This document shows positions 1-11,197 of a stretch of 13,436 bases of DNA, one piece after another. The DNA comes from a virus (Duplodnaviria; Heunggongvirae; Uroviricota; Caudoviricetes). Numbering within the stretch: the first letter of the stretch is position 1; each line of letters begins with the position of its first letter. Under the pieces are notes generated by a model. That model saw nothing but the letters and a program-made list of their open reading frames with translations, was not told the origin of the DNA and did not search any database. A program made the translations under genes and the position numbers. The DNA lies in IMG/VR virus record IMGVR_UViG_2802429224_000007, positions 1 to 13,436 of that record. One strand, written 5' to 3'.

Positions 1-192
<192 letters not shown>

Positions 193-205
193 ATGCCAAA
201 GCAGA

Positions 206-2278
<2,073 letters not shown>

Positions 2279-2287
2279 CTATAAATT

Positions 2288-2305
2288 GTCTGATCGGACT
2301 TGTTC
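2288..2305 (+). promoter_or_regulatory. FadR-like operator box in the fabB promoter (tctgatcggacttgttc)
   Basis: The sequence tctgatcggacttgttc resembles the FadR consensus (CTGGTCNGACCTGTT-like) and sits about 65-85 bp upstream of the fabB ATG, where FadR is known to activate fabB. Site recalled from memory, not computed. Confidence 0.55.
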
Positions 2306-2323
2306 GGCGTACAAGTGTACGCT
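2306..2323 (+). promoter_or_regulatory. FabR-like palindromic operator (ggcgtacaagtgtacgct) in the fabB promoter
   Basis: Near-perfect palindrome gcgtaca-ag-tgtacgc immediately downstream of the FadR-like box. This matches the known arrangement in which the FabR site abuts the FadR site in fabA and fabB promoters. Confidence 0.6.
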
Positions 2324-2370
2324 ATTGTGCATTCGAAACTTACTCTATGTGCGACTTACAGAGGTATTGA

Positions 2371-3591
2371 ATGAAACGTGCAGTGATTACTGGCCTGGGC
2401 ATTGTTTCCAGCATCGGTAATAACCAGCAGGAAGTCCTGGCATCTCTGCGTGAAGGACGTTCAGGGATCACTTTCTCTCAGGAGCTGAAGGATTCCGGCA
2501 TGCGTAGCCACGTCTGGGGCAACGTAAAACTGGATACCACTGGCCTCATTGACCGCAAAGTTGTGCGCTTTATGAGCGACGCATCCATCTATGCATTCCT
2601 TTCTATGGAGCAGGCAATCGCAGATGCTGGCCTCTCCCCGGAAGCTTACCAGAATAACCCGCGCGTTGGCCTGATTGCAGGTTCTGGCGGCGGTTCCCCG
2701 CGTTTCCAGGTGTTCGGTGCTGACGCAATGCGCGGCCCGCGTGGCCTGAAAGCGGTTGGCCCGTATGTGGTCACCAAAGCGATGGCATCTGGCGTTTCTG
2801 CCTGCCTCGCCACACCGTTTAAAATCCACGGTGTTAACTACTCCATCAGCTCCGCTTGTGCGACTTCCGCACACTGTATCGGTAACGCAGTCGAGCAGAT
2901 CCAACTGGGCAAACAAGACATCGTGTTTGCTGGTGGTGGCGAAGAGCTGTGCTGGGAAATGGCGTGCGAATTTGACGCGATGGGCGCGCTGTCTACCAAA
3001 TACAATGACACCCCGGAAAAAGCCTCCCGTACTTATGACGCTCACCGCGATGGTTTTGTTATCGCTGGCGGCGGCGGTATGGTGGTGGTTGAAGAGCTGG
3101 AACACGCGCTGGCTCGTGGTGCTCACATCTACGCTGAAATCGTTGGCTACGGCGCAACGTCTGATGGCGCAGACATGGTTGCTCCGTCTGGCGAGGGCGC
3201 GGTTCGCTGCATGAAGATGGCGATGCACGGCGTTGATACCCCAATCGACTACCTGAACTCTCACGGTACTTCGACTCCGGTTGGCGATGTGAAAGAGTTG
3301 GCAGCTATCCGGGAAGTGTTCGGTGATAATAGCCCGGCGATTTCTGCAACTAAAGCGATGACCGGTCACTCACTGGGCGCTGCAGGTGTGCAGGAAGCAA
3401 TCTACTCTCTGCTGATGCTGGAACACGGCTTTATCGCCCCAAGCATTAACATTGAAGAGCTGGACGAGCAGGCTGCGGGACTGAACATCGTAACCGAAAC
3501 GACCGATCGCGAGCTGACCACCGTTATGTCTAACAGCTTCGGCTTCGGCGGCACCAACGCCACGCTGGTAATGCGTAAGCTGAAAGATTAA
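2371..3591 (+). CDS. fabB: 3-oxoacyl-[acyl-carrier-protein] synthase I (beta-ketoacyl-ACP synthase I, KAS I)
   Basis: 406-aa ORF with hallmark KAS I motifs: active-site Cys in SSACATSAH, catalytic His in [11 protein letters not shown] and [12 protein letters not shown], and C-terminal [15 protein letters not shown] gagg 6 nt upstream of ATG 2371. Stop TAA 3589-3591. Confidence 0.97.
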   Translation: MKRAVITGLGIVSSIGNNQQEVLASLREGRSGITFSQELKDSGMRSHVWGNVKLDTTGLIDRKVVRFMSDASIYAFLSMEQAIADAGLSPEAYQNNPRVGLIAGSGGGSPRFQVFGADAMRGPRGLKAVGPYVVTKAMASGVSACLATPFKIHGVNYSISSACATSAHCIGNAVEQIQLGKQDIVFAGGGEELCWEMACEFDAMGALSTKYNDTPEKASRTYDAHRDGFVIAGGGGMVVVEELEHALARGAHIYAEIVGYGATSDGADMVAPSGEGAVRCMKMAMHGVDTPIDYLNSHGTSTPVGDVKELAAIREVFGDNSPAISATKAMTGHSLGAAGVQEAIYSLLMLEHGFIAPSINIEELDEQAAGLNIVTETTDRELTTVMSNSFGFGGTNATLVMRKLKD

Positions 3592-3604
3592 TTCTGCGAC
3601 ATGT

Positions 3605-3685
3605 CGGAGTCGGTTGGAGCAGCTCGGATAAGACGCGTAAGCGTCGCATCCGACATTACGCGCCAGCTCCGCATTCGGCAGTAAC
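3605..3685. repeat. REP-like extragenic palindromic element downstream of fabB
   Basis: Imperfect palindromic sequence cggataagacgcgtaagcgtcgcatccgac flanked by partially complementary arms (ggagcagctcgg / cgccagctccg), typical of REP units. Confidence 0.5.
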
Positions 3686-3690
3686 GCAAA

Positions 3691-3715
3691 AGGGAGCCTG
3701 ATGGTTCCCTTTTTC
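3691..3715 (+). terminator. Rho-independent terminator downstream of fabB
   Basis: Hairpin agggagcc-tgat-ggttccct (8 bp, one G-U pair) followed by a T-tract (ttttt). Confidence 0.65.
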
Positions 3716-3874
3716 ACATCATTGACAATCGCTGTTTGTTCCAGGCAAACTTCTTGCTTTGTCGATATCCTGCTGAAAATACGTACGCGTTAAACCCTTC
3801 CAACGCACTGTAACCCTGAAAACCAGAGAGATAAGACGGGGAAATTCTTCGCCTTGCGCTGCATTCTGGAGTAA

Positions 3875-6048
<2,174 letters not shown>

Positions 6049-6187
6049 TACGTATCCTTATACCTGAAATCATCGCAAGTATGCCTGGCCGCGAGATTAT
6101 GGCACACTTGTCCGGTTAACTCTCGTTCTCATACAGGTAGCACAAACGTGAAAATCCTTGTTGATGAAAAAGATGATTGGTTAATTT

Positions 6188-6211
6188 ATTGATATAAAAG
6201 GATTTATATCA
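6188..6211. promoter_or_regulatory. Perfect 10-bp inverted repeat ttgatataaa-agga-tttatatcaa in the flk upstream region
   Basis: Exact palindrome with a 4-nt spacer, AT-rich, about 140 bp upstream of the flk start. Candidate operator or recombination site; function unknown. Confidence 0.3.
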
Positions 6212-6251
6212 ACGTATGTCCACGCAGTGACCACATTTTCGAGATATAGTT

Positions 6252-6285
6252 AAAGCCCGTAAAATATGCGGGCTTTATAATTCTT
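6252..6285 (+). terminator. Hairpin plus T-rich tail (aaagcccg-taaaatatg-cgggcttt, then ataattctt), terminator-like
   Basis: 8-bp stem with a 9-nt loop followed by a T-rich run. No plus-strand gene ends immediately upstream, so it may instead mark the core/island junction. Confidence 0.3.
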
Positions 6286-6327
6286 GCTTTGCCCTCTTTT
6301 CAAACCATAAAATTTGTGTGCCTTTTT

Positions 6328-6334
6328 GGGGGGG
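6328..6334. repeat. G7 homopolymeric tract in the putative promoter region of the 246-aa gene
   Basis: ttttt-ggggggg-ag lies 33-39 bp upstream of ATG 6367. Homopolymeric tracts of this length are uncommon in E. coli intergenic DNA. Confidence 0.9.
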
Positions 6335-6366
6335 AGTTTTATCTTTGATATTATGGAGAATTATTC

Positions 6367-7107
6367 ATGCTTCATTGGGTTTGTACAAAATGTCAGTCTA
6401 AAAATTCTACGAAGGAATCAGTGTGTCCTGCGTGTGGAACTTCTTTTTGGTCGACGCAGAAAAAAGAAAGGAGAGGGTGTTTATTGTTGGTTGTAATGCT
6501 CTTCGTTGTGTTTTGGGTTATTGGGCAATTATCCGGAAACGAATCCGATTCACAGGTAAATAATATTCCATCGAAAGATCATATTAGCGATGAACTTGCT
6601 TTATCTGGAGTAGACAAGGCGAAACCGTATTCTTTTGTGCGTTATGACGACATAAGTTATGCGGGACGAAAGAGATTTAAGGTTTTTATAGTGTCGCCTG
6701 AATCTCAAGATTTAGAATCAAGAGTTTCGACAGCAAGGGCTGCGGCTATTGAGTGGCAGAAAGAAAAGAGAGCTGACTTTGTGTCTGTGTTGCTTCTACC
6801 TACGGAAAATTCGGAAGGTAGTTATCTATTGACAATGGCTGATTATTCTCCTGATGGTTGCGGAACTGGTGCCGTATGTGACAATAAAAAATGGGCTATA
6901 TCATCTAGTGATGTAATATTAACAAAATCACAACTTCAATCCATATCTTTGTGGAATGAATATAAGAAAAAGTTTGCGGGTAATGATGGGGTTTTGGATT
7001 TAAAGGAAGAAAAGAAATTGAAGCAGTTTATTAGTAAGCAGCTAAATATTCCTGTTAAGGATGTATTTGCTCCAAGAGTCTTGCCTTTAAAGGAAATCGT
7101 AGATTAA
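6367..7107 (+). CDS. Hypothetical membrane protein with N-terminal zinc ribbon (CxxC-x13-CxxC), one transmembrane helix and a ~190-aa C-terminal (likely periplasmic) domain
   Basis: 246-aa ORF: CTKCQSKNSTKESVCPACG, then hydrophobic segment CLLLVVMLFVVFWVIGQL, then a K/E/S-rich domain. Markedly AT-rich compared with the flanking core genes, consistent with horizontal acquisition. SD ggag about 8 nt upstream of ATG. Confidence 0.6.
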   Translation: MLHWVCTKCQSKNSTKESVCPACGTSFWSTQKKERRGCLLLVVMLFVVFWVIGQLSGNESDSQVNNIPSKDHISDELALSGVDKAKPYSFVRYDDISYAGRKRFKVFIVSPESQDLESRVSTARAAAIEWQKEKRADFVSVLLLPTENSEGSYLLTMADYSPDGCGTGAVCDNKKWAISSSDVILTKSQLQSISLWNEYKKKFAGNDGVLDLKEEKKLKQFISKQLNIPVKDVFAPRVLPLKEIVD

Positions 7108-7272
7108 CAAGATAGATGGGGCCAAACTGGTATTATTGCAACCCTCACTTGTGAGGGTGCAAAAAACCGTAGTTTTTGCGCTGCGGGTTTCTGCTTTGGG
7201 ATGATAGGGTGCCTTATCGACCTTAACCCTGGCAACCGATTGACGGGGGATTGCTCCCCCGTCGCGGTTTCC

Positions 7273-7413
7273 TTACTGTTTACACTGTAAGAACGCCGCA
7301 AACTCCGCTCCCCAGAAGCTCATCCGTATTTCACACAGCGAGCCGTGCAGCATCCAGATGATGAGGATTGCCGTCACGCAGAACGTGATGACCGTAAGCG
7401 ATTTTTGCGACAT
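7273..7413 (-). CDS. hok: Hok/Gef-family type I toxin (small membrane-depolarising peptide), 46 aa
   Basis: Manual translation of the minus strand gives MSQKSLTVITFCVTAILIIWMLHGSLCEIRMSFWGAEFAAFLQCKQ. It has the family hallmarks: N-terminal transmembrane helix, SLCE(I/L) motif and C-terminal E(F/L)AAFL.CK (compare HokA ...SLCELHIKQESYELAAFLACKLKE). Strong SD aaggag 8 nt upstream of ATG 7413. Not in the ORF track because it is under 60 aa. Confidence 0.82.
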   Translation of the reverse strand: MSQKSLTVITFCVTAILIIWMLHGSLCEIRMSFWGAEFAAFLQCKQ

Positions 7414-7513
7414 AGCGCTTGCTCCTTTTTCGGGGAGGCGCTAACCTATCACTTGCTAAGGGTAGATGGTTAGGGCCTCGGTTAAACAAAAATGTTTTCC
7501 GGGGCCTTTCCAC
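7331..7513 (-). CDS. Mok-like overlapping reading frame (putative translational coupler for hok)
   Basis: 60-codon ORF in a different frame, starting about 100 nt upstream of hok (GTG 7513) and ending inside hok, as expected for mok in hok/sok loci. Basic, low-complexity product. Could also be a chance ORF. Confidence 0.3.
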   Translation of the reverse strand: MERPRKTFLFNRGPNHLPLASDRLAPPRKRSKRYVAKIAYGHHVLRDGNPHHLDAARLAV

Positions 7514-7599
7514 ATCCGGCCTTCAGGTATTCCCTCCAGCCATCAGCCGAAAGGCACCCGCGCGAATTCTAGCTTGGTTTTTTCCCTTGTTTCAATCCG

Positions 7600-7699
7600 T
7601 TGAGGCCTCTCAGCCTTCTGATATAAAATTCCCGACCGCAGACATTATTCAGTCACGCATTTGATACATGCTTCCGCCGGCGTTCGCGCCGGTTTTTTT
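7600..7699 (+). ncRNA. Candidate ~65-nt small RNA: sigma70-like promoter (TTGAGG -35 at 7600-7605; extended -10 TGaTATAAA at 7619-7627) plus strong intrinsic terminator
   Basis: Promoter-like elements with a 16-nt spacer. The terminator (feature below) is about 50-65 nt downstream of the predicted transcription start. No ORF between them. Located on the strand opposite to hok/mok, upstream of mok, so it could be a Sok-like antisense RNA if the hok leader extends this far. Confidence 0.4.
7676..7699 (+). terminator. Rho-independent terminator (GC-rich stem ccggcg-ttcg-cgccgg followed by T7)
   Basis: Perfect 6-bp GC stem with a 4-nt loop, immediately followed by ttttttt. Terminator-competent on the plus strand only. 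Confidence 0.75.
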
Positions 7700-8081
7700 C
7701 GTCCTGTTGCTGCGTAGATCGTCATGTGCGATCGAGGCGCGGTATTGATCCTTTTTTCAGTTTAATTCTGACTCTTGATTTTGCGCAGGCCGCGCTGCGT
7801 CTGGCTTCTTTGTTTGAGGGTTGTTTAACGCGATCCTTTTCGCGATCGTGTCTTGTCCCACGTAAAGTATGAAAACTCTTTTAATATCAGCCTGTTTTCT
7901 TTCTCCTGCCATTCATGAGATCGTAAAAATCCCTCTGAAAACTGCAAAAAATTTCAAAGCGTGAAATTTCAGATCTTCGCTTTTCCCTCAGTTGCTGCGC
8001 GGGCTGGCGGTCATTTTTGCACGGCAGAAAACTGAAAAACTGTTTCGACACAAAACCCGCGGGTTGGAGGGGGTAGCGCGG

Positions 8082-8124
8082 TTTACGTCACCTCACGCTT
8101 TACGTCACACCGTTTACGTGGTGT
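8082..8124. repeat. Three direct repeats of TTTACGTCAC / TTTACGTG (starts 8082, 8099, 8113), the last embedded in a palindrome cacacc-gtttacgt-ggtgtg
   Basis: Direct repeats spaced 17 and 14 bp apart inside an ORF-free region downstream of the phage-like operon. Resembles iteron or arm-type binding-site arrays. Confidence 0.45.
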
Positions 8125-8242
8125 GCGCATACAGCGCCGGAATGGCACGCAGAACGCATTAATCAGGTGGCAGATATGAAAACGCACGGCCTGAACCGTG
8201 CGTTGCGTGATGGGGCGTTTATGTGGATTTTATGCCCGGTGA

Positions 8243-9940
8243 TCAGGCGATAAGGTCGCCGTATTTTTCGCGCAGGCTCGTAGCCTGTTGGGCGTCTGCG
8301 GCAAGTTCGCTGCTGTTTGTTGGTGCGCCAGTGTTGCTGTGGGTGTGGTTTGCAGTGTGTGTGGCCAGCAACTGAACCAGATCCAGAATATCAATCAACA
8401 ACGTCAGCAGATTAAGTCCGGATTTTTCCCGTGAGCCACCGCGCCCAATAAATACAGTCGGGGCGGTAAATTCCAGGCCGCCGTCCGCCCGGCATGTTCT
8501 GCGGCCTCCCACGTTTTCGGTGAGGTTATGCTCGATAGTGGATGTCGCCCCTTTGAGTTTAGTCAGCAAATCCTGCGCTACCATCTGGATATGCTCACCG
8601 GCTGCGATCGCATAATGGCCAGTAGTAATGTGTTCTGTCTGACCTGTCATCAGCTTGCTGGTTCCCAGAACGCTGGTTATGTCGTTTGCCTGTACTGTTG
8701 TTGTTCTGGTTGTTGTTGTGCGTTCTTCCTGATCGCTGTTAATGGTTCGCCTGGCTGAATGCTCCCTGATTTGCTGGTCGGTTTCTCTGTGCCAGCTTCC
8801 GTCAGTCGTGACACGCTGAAACACTTCTGCGCGCTGTTGTTGCAATTGTTCGCCGGGTTTTACATCAGGCAGGTTATGACCAGCGGGTAAGATTTGCCTG
8901 ATAACAGGCTTATCCGGGCGTCCTTCAATGTTGGATATTTCCACGATGGTGCCTGCTGGCGGGTAGGCAAAACATCCCGCCTCACTGCCAGCCATGGGGA
9001 CGGGGAGTGGTACTGCCGGGTAAACAGGCGTATCGTTTTTATCGTTGCCGTTCTCATCAAGCAACTGCACATCGACGGCGTAGCGTGGGCGGAAGCTGTC
9101 GGCCACATCGCCCAGGGTGACGGATTCCGTTGGGGCAATGACGCGCGCCAGCCTGGTATGTAGAGTACCGCTGGCCAGTTCCGGGAACTGTGTTTCCATC
9201 TGTCTGCGCAATGGTGATTTGGAGACAGGGCTGCCCGTGACGGTAAGGCGCTCCCATGTCAGGGTCATTTTCTCGTTGTTGAGGGCTACGCGGGTAATGC
9301 GTCCGGCGGGAAGATTCACGCCCGGTCGCACAGTTTCCATAAACATGATGTCGATGCTGTTTCCGCCGCTTTGCCCGAGTGTGTACTGTTGCGGAATATC
9401 CGGCATTGTAATACTGGCAAATCGTGAATCAGCTGCGCTTCCCACAAATACAGAACCGTCCGGCATAGGGTGCCAGACGTAATCGCTGATACTGAATGCT
9501 CGCCCCAGTTGGCTGAGCAGTTGTGCTCCGCTGCCGCTGTGGGTGATGTAGGGAGTTGGTATACTGGCATAATCCGCATCCGGAGTGATAAAAACGATAC
9601 CGCTTTGTCGCCCCAGATTATCGAGTACCCCCCGCAACGTCGGGTGTTGCATGGAGCAAGGGAAATCAAAATCCAGCACAGCAGCCGCTTCACGAATAAA
9701 AAGGCGACGTGAGCCATTTTCAGCAGGTTGATCGCGCTCAATGTAGCCGGAGAAATAGCGCCATGCTTCACCGTCACGGCCGAGATCAATTTGTACCATT
9801 GCGCCGGCAAGGCTGTGTTCGGGTGACAGATTGTTAACAGAAATGAAGCCACGACCGGCAGCATTCAGGGTAAGAACAAGGCTTATATCGGCAATTTCCA
9901 CCCGTTCGCCATTAATCATGCAGCGTTGTATCAATTTCAT
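8243..9940 (-). CDS. Phage structural protein, putative baseplate hub / central spike or fiber-tip protein (C-terminal HxH metal-binding apex-like motif)
   Basis: 565-aa ORF and last gene of the operon. ATGA overlap with the upstream gene stop; SD gaggaagg upstream. C-terminus ...LLATHTANHTHSNTGAPTNSS resembles the HxH apex motifs of trimeric spikes and fibers (P2 gpV C-terminus HTHKHPGDSGGTTG; lambda Stf HxH repeats). N-terminal region loosely resembles gpD/gp27-like hub proteins. Recalled from memory, no search run. Confidence 0.4.
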   Translation of the reverse strand: MKLIQRCMINGERVEIADISLVLTLNAAGRGFISVNNLSPEHSLAGAMVQIDLGRDGEAWRYFSGYIERDQPAENGSRRLFIREAAAVLDFDFPCSMQHPTLRGVLDNLGRQSGIVFITPDADYASIPTPYITHSGSGAQLLSQLGRAFSISDYVWHPMPDGSVFVGSAADSRFASITMPDIPQQYTLGQSGGNSIDIMFMETVRPGVNLPAGRITRVALNNEKMTLTWERLTVTGSPVSKSPLRRQMETQFPELASGTLHTRLARVIAPTESVTLGDVADSFRPRYAVDVQLLDENGNDKNDTPVYPAVPLPVPMAGSEAGCFAYPPAGTIVEISNIEGRPDKPVIRQILPAGHNLPDVKPGEQLQQQRAEVFQRVTTDGSWHRETDQQIREHSARRTINSDQEERTTTTRTTTVQANDITSVLGTSKLMTGQTEHITTGHYAIAAGEHIQMVAQDLLTKLKGATSTIEHNLTENVGGRRTCRADGGLEFTAPTVFIGRGGSREKSGLNLLTLLIDILDLVQLLATHTANHTHSNTGAPTNSSELAADAQQATSLREKYGDLIA

Positions 9941-10512
9941 GTTTTCCCTTCCTCTTTCACGCTCCCGATGCCAACAGCATTCAGACCAGAGCCAACGGCA
10001 TCATTGATTTTTTTCCAGAACGAACTTTGCGTATTCATGCCTTTGTCTGGTACCTGTTCGCTGCCATTCTGGGTCTGCTGTCTGGCGATGGTTTTCTGCG
10101 AACCGCTGCGTGCGGATGCTTTCTCTGGCACGCTTAATTTTTCCCTGAGAGTAAAGGTGATCTGCCAGTGCATCTTTCCCTGTTGTTCCGTGGCATCAAT
10201 GCCACCAGAAAACACCCCCTGTCGCATATTGATTGCCTTCGCGGTAGCGTTAGCAATGCGATATGTTTTTTTGGCACCGTTGCTTTCTGTTGCCTCCGCA
10301 AGCTGAAAAATACGGGTCAGAATAGCTTCATCGTTAAAATCAATAACCCCCGACACGCGCAGCTCTTTAGCCTTGTTTCCCTGCTGGGCGCTCGTGGTGC
10401 TGGTTGACTGCCCGGACATATCTTTGTCCGGTAGTTGCATGGTGGCGCTGACGGTGATGTTGCGCAGCAGAATGGCTTCCCCGTCAAGCGCAAGGACAAT
10501 CATCTGGGTCAT
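9937..10512 (-). CDS. Hypothetical phage-associated protein (191 aa)
   Basis: Translationally coupled on both sides (29-nt overlap with the upstream gene, ATGA overlap with the downstream one). SD aaggga upstream of ATG 10512. No recognisable catalytic motif; Q/S/T-rich centre. Confidence 0.55.
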   Translation of the reverse strand: MTQMIVLALDGEAILLRNITVSATMQLPDKDMSGQSTSTTSAQQGNKAKELRVSGVIDFNDEAILTRIFQLAEATESNGAKKTYRIANATAKAINMRQGVFSGGIDATEQQGKMHWQITFTLREKLSVPEKASARSGSQKTIARQQTQNGSEQVPDKGMNTQSSFWKKINDAVGSGLNAVGIGSVKEEGKT

Positions 10513-11197
10513 GTAGTGCTTCCCTTAGTGATGAGAGATTATCGCCGACGAACAGCATCACAGCTGTAAAAACCCACTCGGGGTGTGGGATGTTTTTTTG
10601 TATCAGCACTGCAGCCTGGCTAAGGGCTCCCTTGTAGCAAAAGCGCCACACCGGGCAAAATTTTTGCCGGAGTGCGGCCTGCTGATCAGCGATTTCCTGT
10701 AAGGCTTTATCTCTCGCATTCATGAACTGATGCAGCGATGATGACAATGTTTCCGGTGATGTGGCGGCAGGAGTGGCTGCCTGTGCAATGGTTGCTGCCA
10801 GCGACATGCTGCGAGTGGTCTGTGTCGACAGCATTATCGGTTCCGGAAGTGATGTTGCCGGTCTGGCGGGGATTTGCATTCTGCTGATGGCCAGTGAAAG
10901 TTGACTGGAAATCATGCGGGACATTCGCCCCACCTCTGGCAATGGAAATGCGCCTGAAAATTGCCTGGCGAGTGATAAAAACTCGCCAGCAGAAGGAGCG
11001 CAAAACAACAGCGCCACAATGTCTTTTTCTGTGCTTTCTTTCAGGTAGGGTAAAAGTGCAGATACAGCATTTTCGGGGCTGAGATAACGCCCCGATGGTT
11101 TGATGTTTCCGGTATTTTCTGACCATGGATGAAGGCAAACCACAGAGCATTTAATGTTCATGGCTGACGGGCGCAGAATTGCCTTTTCCCATTTCAT
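10484..11197 (-). CDS. Hypothetical phage-associated protein (237 aa), S/T/A/P-rich low-complexity central region
   Basis: ATGA overlap with the upstream gene stop (11194-11197). Longest frame across the interval, but unusual composition and a nested alternative-frame ORF (10707..11150) make the coding call less secure. Composition is reminiscent of tape-measure or linker proteins. Confidence 0.45.
   Translation of the reverse strand: MKWEKAILRPSAMNIKCSVVCLHPWSENTGNIKPSGRYLSPENAVSALLPYLKESTEKDIVALLFCAPSAGEFLSLARQFSGAFPLPEVGRMSRMISSQLSLAISRMQIPARPATSLPEPIMLSTQTTRSMSLAATIAQAATPAATSPETLSSSLHQFMNARDKALQEIADQQAALRQKFCPVWRFCYKGALSQAAVLIQKNIPHPEWVFTAVMLFVGDNLSSLREALHDPDDCPCA

Noticed and set aside
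2461-3369. 302-aa antisense ORF inside fabB (also 2756..3214 plus-strand alternative frame, and 3059..3244)
   Set aside because: Lies entirely within the highly conserved fabB coding region in other frames or strand. Arg/Ala-rich translations are typical of GC-rich antisense artefacts.
6314-6496. 60-aa ORF overlapping the start of the 246-aa gene
   Set aside because: Out of frame with and largely overlapping the better-supported 246-aa gene, which has an SD and coherent domain architecture.
7242-7263. Hairpin gacggggga-ttgc-tcccccgtc as an independent terminator
   Set aside because: Lies in the hok 3' region, where fold-back structures are expected as part of the toxin mRNA. Not followed by a clean T-tract on the minus strand, so I did not call it a separate terminator.
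7104-7301. 65-aa minus-strand ORF downstream of hok
   Set aside because: Covers the hok 3' UTR and hairpin region; no SD; low-complexity product. More likely structured RNA than coding.
7419-7664. 81-aa plus-strand ORF antisense to the hok/mok leader
   Set aside because: Antisense to the toxin locus, without a start signal. The region is better explained by regulatory RNA.
7869-7964. 31-aa ORF with a lipobox-like LISAC near its N-terminus
   Set aside because: No convincing SD upstream, and the ORF is too short to hold a signal peptide plus a mature domain. Kept only as a remote possibility.
8528-9864. Nested and antisense ORFs within the 565-aa gene (8528..8758, 8860..9138, 8894..9163, 9057..9257, 9117..9482, 9316..9864, 9470..9712)
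   Set aside because: All lie inside the longer, translationally coupled 565-aa frame. Cys/Arg-rich or low-complexity products.
9926-11150. Alternative ORFs across the 191-aa and 237-aa genes (9926..10306, 10168..10407, 10317..10499, 10707..11150, 10894..11082)
   Set aside because: Overlap the coupled operon frames. The 147-aa frame (10707..11150) is Cys/His/Arg-rich with no start context. Retained only as a caveat on the 237-aa call.
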